From the NCBI GenBank assembly GCA_038205545.1, contig JBBRBV010000009.1:1913-65912 (forward strand): a DNA stretch of 64,000 bases. The letters are read 5' to 3'. Position 1 is the stretch's first letter. Every line of letters starts with the position of its first letter. Shown one piece after another: positions 59,546 to 64,000 of this stretch. A model generated the notes under the pieces. It was given only the letters and a program-made list of their open reading frames with translations. It was not told where the DNA came from and ran no database searches. This stretch comes from Actinomycetales bacterium. GTDB taxonomy: Bacteria; Actinomycetota; Actinomycetes; Actinomycetales; Microbacteriaceae. The position numbers and the translations under genes were made by a program.

Positions 59546-60511
59546 ATGACGACGGGCTCCCGACGCAGTGCCTCCTCGGTGCGGATGTTTGGGCTGAATG
59601 AACTGAACCCCTGGTTTCGGCTGGCTTGGATTGTGCCTGCCGTGCTCGTTGCCCTGGCCCTCGTCGTGCTCGCGGCGAACGGCGTGCGCGCCCTGCCCCT
59701 GACCGAATCGTTTATGCAAAGCTACCCTGGCATCTCCACCCATTCGGTTTCGACTCCGATCGGAATTCCGGTCTGGCTGTCCTGGCAACACGGGCTCAAT
59801 GCCTTCTTCATCCTGTTCGTCATTCGCACCGGATGGCAGGTGCGCACCACCAAACGTCCCTCTATTTACTGGACGCGCAGGAACACGGGGTTGTTTCGCA
59901 CCAGGAACCCGCCGATTCGCATCACCCTCGACCTCTGGCAGCACATCGTTTTCGACACCCTCTGGGTCGTCAACGGCATCGTGTTCTATGTTCTGCTGTT
60001 CGCGACCGGTCAATGGCTGCGAGTCGTACCCACCAGCTGGGACGTCTTTCCCAACGCGGTATCGGCCGGCCTGCAATATGCCTCACTCGATTGGCCAACC
60101 TCCTCCGGCTGGGCGTACTACAACGCGCTTCAGCTGCTCAGCTACTTCGTGGTCGTGTTCGTGGCGGCGCCGATCGCCCTCGCGACGGGTCTGCGCATAT
60201 CACCGGGTCTGTCTTCGCGGTTCCGGTGGCTCGATCAGCTCTTTCCCCTGTCCCTGGCGCGCAGGCTGCACTTCGCGGTACTGGTTTTCTTCGTGGCCTT
60301 CATCGCCGTGCACGTCAGCCTCGTGCTCACCACCGGCGCCCGCGCCAATCTCAATCACATGTATGCGGCGCGCACCGATGGAGGCTGGACGGGCGTCTGG
60401 ATTTTCGTCGGCTCGCTCCTGATGACGGCCGGCATTTGGGTGGGCGCCCGTCCACACGTCGTTCGAGCGATCGCGGCACGCAGCGGACGCATCATTCACC
60501 GCACACGGTAA
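59546..60511 (+). CDS. multi-pass membrane protein, possibly cytochrome-b561-like (His residues in TM helices)
   Basis: About 6 TM segments with conserved-looking His (WQHGLNAFF, LWQHIVF, RRLHFAVLVFFVAFIAVHV). ATG 59546 is preferred over TTG 59501. Function is tentative. Confidence 0.65.
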   Translation: MTTGSRRSASSVRMFGLNELNPWFRLAWIVPAVLVALALVVLAANGVRALPLTESFMQSYPGISTHSVSTPIGIPVWLSWQHGLNAFFILFVIRTGWQVRTTKRPSIYWTRRNTGLFRTRNPPIRITLDLWQHIVFDTLWVVNGIVFYVLLFATGQWLRVVPTSWDVFPNAVSAGLQYASLDWPTSSGWAYYNALQLLSYFVVVFVAAPIALATGLRISPGLSSRFRWLDQLFPLSLARRLHFAVLVFFVAFIAVHVSLVLTTGARANLNHMYAARTDGGWTGVWIFVGSLLMTAGIWVGARPHVVRAIAARSGRIIHRTR

Positions 60512-60519
60512 CGGGTCGG

Positions 60520-61308
60520 TTAAGCCGGTGTCGACGACGCAAGAACGTCTCGGCTGAGCAGGGCCGCCCCCGCGACCGCGGCGGGCATGACAATGACGGC
60601 CGCGCCCGGAATCAGGAACAAGAGGTAGGTGAGCGCACCGAAACCGAGGCTGCGGGCTCGGTGGGTGCGCAGCATCCGCCGCCGCTGAGTGAGGCTGAAG
60701 CCGCGGGCGTCGAAGGCGAAGCTGGTGAGTTCGAGGGTGAGGATCCAGCCGCCCAACAGCGCCCCGACAACGAGAGCGATCAGCTGGCCGAGCCCGGGAA
60801 TCAGGCCGGAGAGCAGCAGCACGATGGCGACCAGCACGGTCAGGCTGAATAGCCGAAGGGCGTCGAAGACGGACCGGAGAACACTGCCAAGGAGGCCCCG
60901 CTTCAGATCGATCGGCGCGTCGCCGAGATCAGTCTCCACGGCTTGCCAGATACGTTCATAGAAAGGGTCGCCCACCAGCAGCGTCACGGCCACGTAGGTG
61001 TAAGCCAGAACGAGGATGCTGGCAGCCGCGACCGCTGCGCCGGCCACGACCCGGGTGCCCGTGCGCCACGGCTCGCTCCAATTGCTCGCGAACGGGCTGA
61101 TCAGGGCGGATAGCGATTCGAGGTTGACCAAGAGCATTACGATGCCGGCGAGATAGAGAATGCCGACAATGAGCGCTGGCAGGGCGCCGAGCAGCATGAG
61201 GCGCGGGGAGGTGATCCACATTCTGAGGCCGCGGCCGAGAAAACCCGTTCCGGCCAGGAACTCGCGGGTGGCGGTGGGGTTTGCTCTCGAATCGGGCGGC
61301 ACCCCCAC
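60520..61308 (-). CDS. EI24/CysZ-like membrane protein
   Basis: 262 aa, 4-5 TM, overall pattern of the EI24 domain family. Assignment is from memory of the family, not from a search. Confidence 0.65.
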   Translation of the reverse strand: MGVPPDSRANPTATREFLAGTGFLGRGLRMWITSPRLMLLGALPALIVGILYLAGIVMLLVNLESLSALISPFASNWSEPWRTGTRVVAGAAVAAASILVLAYTYVAVTLLVGDPFYERIWQAVETDLGDAPIDLKRGLLGSVLRSVFDALRLFSLTVLVAIVLLLSGLIPGLGQLIALVVGALLGGWILTLELTSFAFDARGFSLTQRRRMLRTHRARSLGFGALTYLLFLIPGAAVIVMPAAVAGAALLSRDVLASSTPA

Positions 61309-61368
61309 ACCCTAACCCGATCGCGTGACCGCACACCCGGGCCCCGCATTGCCGGGGGCCCGAGATGT

Positions 61369-62853
61369 TCACGCCATCTGCGGAAAACCGAGGTCGATCT
61401 CGGAGGTGGCCGGGTCGGGCCAGCGGGTGGTGACGACCTTGCCGCGGGTATAAAAGCGGATGCTGTCGGGCCCGTACATATGCGCGTCGCCGAAGAGCGA
61501 ATTCTTCCACCCGCCGAATGAGAACGATCCGACCGGCACCGGAATTGGTACGTTGATGCCGACCATTCCGGCCTCGATCTCAAACTCGAACTGCCGGGCC
61601 GCCCCGCCGTCGCGGGTAAACAGGGCGACACCGTTGCCGAACTCGTGCTCGTTGACGAGCGTCACGGCCTCATCGAAGGTGTCAACGCGCACGACCGAGA
61701 GTACCGGTCCGAAGATTTCGTCATCATAAACCTTCATGCCGGGGGTAACGTGGTCGATCAGGCTGACGCCGAGAAAGAAGCCGTCACTATCGAAGTTCGC
61801 CGCCCGGCCGTCGACGACCATCGTGGCGCCGGCTGCCTCGGCAGCTCCCAGATAGGACGCGACCCGGTCACGGTGTTCGCCGGTGATGAGCGGGCCCATT
61901 TGCGAGGTTGGATCGGTTCCGGGGCCAACGAGAAGCTTCTTCATACGTTTTTCGATGGCGCCGACGAGGTCGTCGGCGATGCTGCCGACGGCCACGAGAA
62001 CGCTCACGGCCATGCAGCGTTCCCCGGCGGATCCGTAGGCGGCGTTGATGGCGGCATCCGCTGCCATTTCAAGGTCGGCGTCGGGCAGCACGACCATGTG
62101 GTTCTTGGCGCCGCCCAGGGCCTGCACTCGCTTGCCGTTTGCGGCCGCCCGGCTGTAGATGGACTTCGCGATGGGGGTGGACCCGACGAAACTGATCGCC
62201 TTCACCTCGGGGTTGTCGAGCAATTCGTCGACGGCCTCCTTGTCGCCCTGCACCACGTTGAGAACGCCGGCAGGTAGGCCGGCCTCGGCGAAGATTTCGG
62301 CGATGAAGATGGCCGAGGATGGGTCCTTCTCGCTCGGCTTGAGCAACACGGTGTTACCACAGGCGAGAGCGCTGCCGATCATCCACAGCGGCACCATGGC
62401 CGGAAAATTGAAGGGGGTGACGCAGGCGACGACGCCGACGGCCTGGCGTACCGAGTGCACGTCGATTCCCTGGGAGACCTGCTGCGAGAAATCTCCTTTG
62501 AGCATGTGTGCGAGGCCGGTGGCGAATTCGATGTTCTCGAGCCCGCGGGTGATTTCACCGGCCGCGTCGGAGAGGACCTTGCCGTGCTCGCTCGTGAGGA
62601 TCGCGGCGAGGTCATTCGTGCGCTCGGCGAGTAGTTCGCGCACCTTGAAGAAGATGGCCGTGCGCTTGGCCAGGCTGCTGGCTCGCCACTCGGGCAGGGC
62701 GGCTTTGGCGGAGTCGATGGCATCGATCACGACCGCGCGGGAGGCCAGCACGACCTGTTTTTCCTGCACGCCGGTAGCAGGATTGAAAACCGGCCCGAAG
62801 CGGTCGGCCGTCTCGACGCGCTGGCCGTTGATGTAGTGGGGAATGGTGTGCAT
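61369..62853 (-). CDS. mmsA: CoA-acylating methylmalonate-semialdehyde dehydrogenase
   Basis: 494 aa. ALDH fold, catalytic Cys in SAGERCMAV, N-terminus MHTIPHYINGQRV typical of MmsA. Confidence 0.92.
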   Translation of the reverse strand: MHTIPHYINGQRVETADRFGPVFNPATGVQEKQVVLASRAVVIDAIDSAKAALPEWRASSLAKRTAIFFKVRELLAERTNDLAAILTSEHGKVLSDAAGEITRGLENIEFATGLAHMLKGDFSQQVSQGIDVHSVRQAVGVVACVTPFNFPAMVPLWMIGSALACGNTVLLKPSEKDPSSAIFIAEIFAEAGLPAGVLNVVQGDKEAVDELLDNPEVKAISFVGSTPIAKSIYSRAAANGKRVQALGGAKNHMVVLPDADLEMAADAAINAAYGSAGERCMAVSVLVAVGSIADDLVGAIEKRMKKLLVGPGTDPTSQMGPLITGEHRDRVASYLGAAEAAGATMVVDGRAANFDSDGFFLGVSLIDHVTPGMKVYDDEIFGPVLSVVRVDTFDEAVTLVNEHEFGNGVALFTRDGGAARQFEFEIEAGMVGINVPIPVPVGSFSFGGWKNSLFGDAHMYGPDSIRFYTRGKVVTTRWPDPATSEIDLGFPQMA

Positions 62854-62883
62854 GAGAGTGCTCTTTCTACTGGGGAACAGGGA

Positions 62884-63786
62884 TCAGGCGCGCGGCTGCA
62901 GGGTGCCGTCGACGAGTTTGACGATCATGGAGCAGTCCTTACCGCCCTCACCCTGGTCGATGAGCCGTTGGAACAGCTCGGCGACGTGCTCGCCGATCTC
63001 CAGGGGCGTGTCGGTCGCCCGCGCTGCGGCGATGGCCAGGCCGATGTCTTTGCTCGCGAGCGCGGTGGTAAAGGTCGGGGCGAAGTCCCGGTTGGCGGCG
63101 GCCGTCTCGACGACATCCTTGACCGGGTACCAGGTGCGTAGCGCCCAGCTGTCGCCCGAGGAAACGGAGGCGATATTCCAGAACACCTGCTTGTCCAGTC
63201 CCAGCCGGTCGGCCAGAACGGCGCCCTCGGCGGTTGCGGCGAGGTTGATGAACAGCATGAGGTTGTTGCAGATCTTGGCCGCCTGGCCGGTCGTGGCACC
63301 GCCGGTGGGAATGATGTTGGCGGCCATCGGCTCGATGAATACGGTGGCGTCGGCAACAGCGCCGGCTTCGCCGCCGATCATGAAAGTGAGGGTTCCGGTC
63401 GTAGCACCGCTTATGCCACCCGAGACGGGCGCGTCGACGAAGCGAAAGCCGGCCGCCGCAGCCGCATCGTGCAGGGCCTGCGCGGTGTCAATGTCAATCG
63501 TCGACGAGTCCACCAGCAGGGTCGTCGTGTCGGTATGAGCCAGTACACCGTTGTCACCGAAATAGACGGCCCGGGCGTGCTCGCCCTTGGGCAGCATGGT
63601 GAAGACGACGTCGGCACCGGCGACGGCTTCGGCGATGCTCGCGGCGGCGATGGCGCCGGCAGTGACGGCCCCAGCGACGGCATCCGGATTCAGATCGAAC
63701 CCGCGCACCTCATGGCCGGCGGCCACCATATTCGCTGACATGGGTCCCCCCATGTTGCCCAACCCGATCCACGCGACTACTGACAT
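62884..63786 (-). CDS. mmsB: 3-hydroxyisobutyrate dehydrogenase
   Basis: ATG 63786 (MSVVAWIGLGNMGGPMSANM) with the NAD-binding GLGNMG motif. Downstream of mmsA in a valine-catabolism pair. Confidence 0.9.
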   Translation of the reverse strand: MSVVAWIGLGNMGGPMSANMVAAGHEVRGFDLNPDAVAGAVTAGAIAAASIAEAVAGADVVFTMLPKGEHARAVYFGDNGVLAHTDTTTLLVDSSTIDIDTAQALHDAAAAAGFRFVDAPVSGGISGATTGTLTFMIGGEAGAVADATVFIEPMAANIIPTGGATTGQAAKICNNLMLFINLAATAEGAVLADRLGLDKQVFWNIASVSSGDSWALRTWYPVKDVVETAAANRDFAPTFTTALASKDIGLAIAAARATDTPLEIGEHVAELFQRLIDQGEGGKDCSMIVKLVDGTLQPRA

Positions 63787-63902
63787 GATGAAGCTCCTTT
63801 GCTTGGGTACTGTCTCCACCCTCGCAGCCGGATAGAGTGCAATCAAGGCAATATTTCACAGGGGGTATGTGCGCAGATGCACATTCTCGAAAGGATGGAT
63901 CA

Positions 63903-64000
63903 GTGGGTTCACACCAGTTGCCGAGCCCGAACGACCTGCTCGTGTTGCTCACCGTCGCCCGGCTGGGCCGGTTCAATGCGGTCGCCGAGGCGCTCGGCAC
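63903..64000 (+). CDS. LysR-type transcriptional regulator, N-terminal fragment (runs off window)
   Basis: Manual translation from GTG 63903: VGSHQLPSPNDLLVLLTVARLGRFNAVAEALG, the typical LysR winged-HTH start. Divergent from mmsB. Preceded by GAAAGGA. Confidence 0.55.
   Translation, partial: MGSHQLPSPNDLLVLLTVARLGRFNAVAEALG

Noticed and set aside
59267-60852. Long ORFs 59267..60076 (minus, 269 aa) and 59626..60852 (plus, 408 aa)
   Set aside because: They have Arg/Gly/Pro-rich off-frame composition. They overlap the TM-rich frames at 59546..60511 and 60520..61308, which look like genuine membrane proteins.
59202-61308. Possible genomic island integrated at tRNA-Leu
   Set aside because: I found no integrase, no duplicated tRNA 3-prime segment (att-like direct repeat), and no obvious compositional break by eye. 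The downstream genes are ordinary membrane proteins.
63710-64000. 96-aa minus-strand ORF at the window end
   Set aside because: It has off-frame composition. The plus-strand frame from GTG 63903 gives a textbook LysR HTH N-terminus divergent from mmsB.

Overview
This is a high-GC actinobacterial chromosome window centred on the replication origin. Gene order and protein families fit a Micrococcales/Microbacteriaceae-like organism; that placement is inferred, not searched. Left arm (1-34.8 kb, mostly minus strand): a Zn/Mn-type metal ABC importer with a Fur-family (Zur-like) operator; a HisC-like aminotransferase with branched-chain 2-oxoacid dehydrogenase E1alpha/E1beta/E2; an orphan pair of a small helical protein and an alpha/beta-hydrolase; LMW-PTP; purB; dnaB; rplI-rpsR-ssb-rpsF; a sugar ABC importer; cca; DUF6049-murJ-trxB-trxA; an aminotransferase; and ddl. 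Next comes a ~0.75 kb non-coding array with six canonical parS sites, followed by parB-parA-rsmG-jag-yidC-yidD-rnpA-rpmH. Origin: DnaA boxes lie upstream of dnaA, and the dnaA-dnaN spacer is box-rich and AT-rich (oriC). Right arm: dnaA-dnaN-recF-DUF721(DciA-like)-gyrB-gyrA-DUF3566, tRNA-Ile, tRNA-Ala, ppiA, rhomboid, crgA, sortase E and a trpG/pabA-like amidotransferase. It continues with the conserved pknB-(pknA position)-pbpA-rodA-pstP-fhaB-fhaA cluster, tRNA-Leu, two membrane proteins, mmsA-mmsB and a divergent LysR-type gene start. I recognised no transposases, integrases, CRISPR arrays or defence genes. This is largely conserved core synteny, so I do not claim a novel multi-gene system. 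The features most worth a second look are: (1) the tandem ~150-bp repeat array in which each unit pairs a parS with a second conserved 6-11-6 dyad box; (2) two DnaA-box clusters away from oriC, one with a strongly AT-rich tract upstream of dnaB and one in the convergent rhomboid/crgA spacer; (3) the translationally coupled small-helical-protein/hydrolase pair; and (4) a ~115-aa Ala/Lys/Pro-rich tail on ribosomal protein S6. Many long ORFs in the six-frame track are antisense or off-frame artefacts of high GC content and were rejected.
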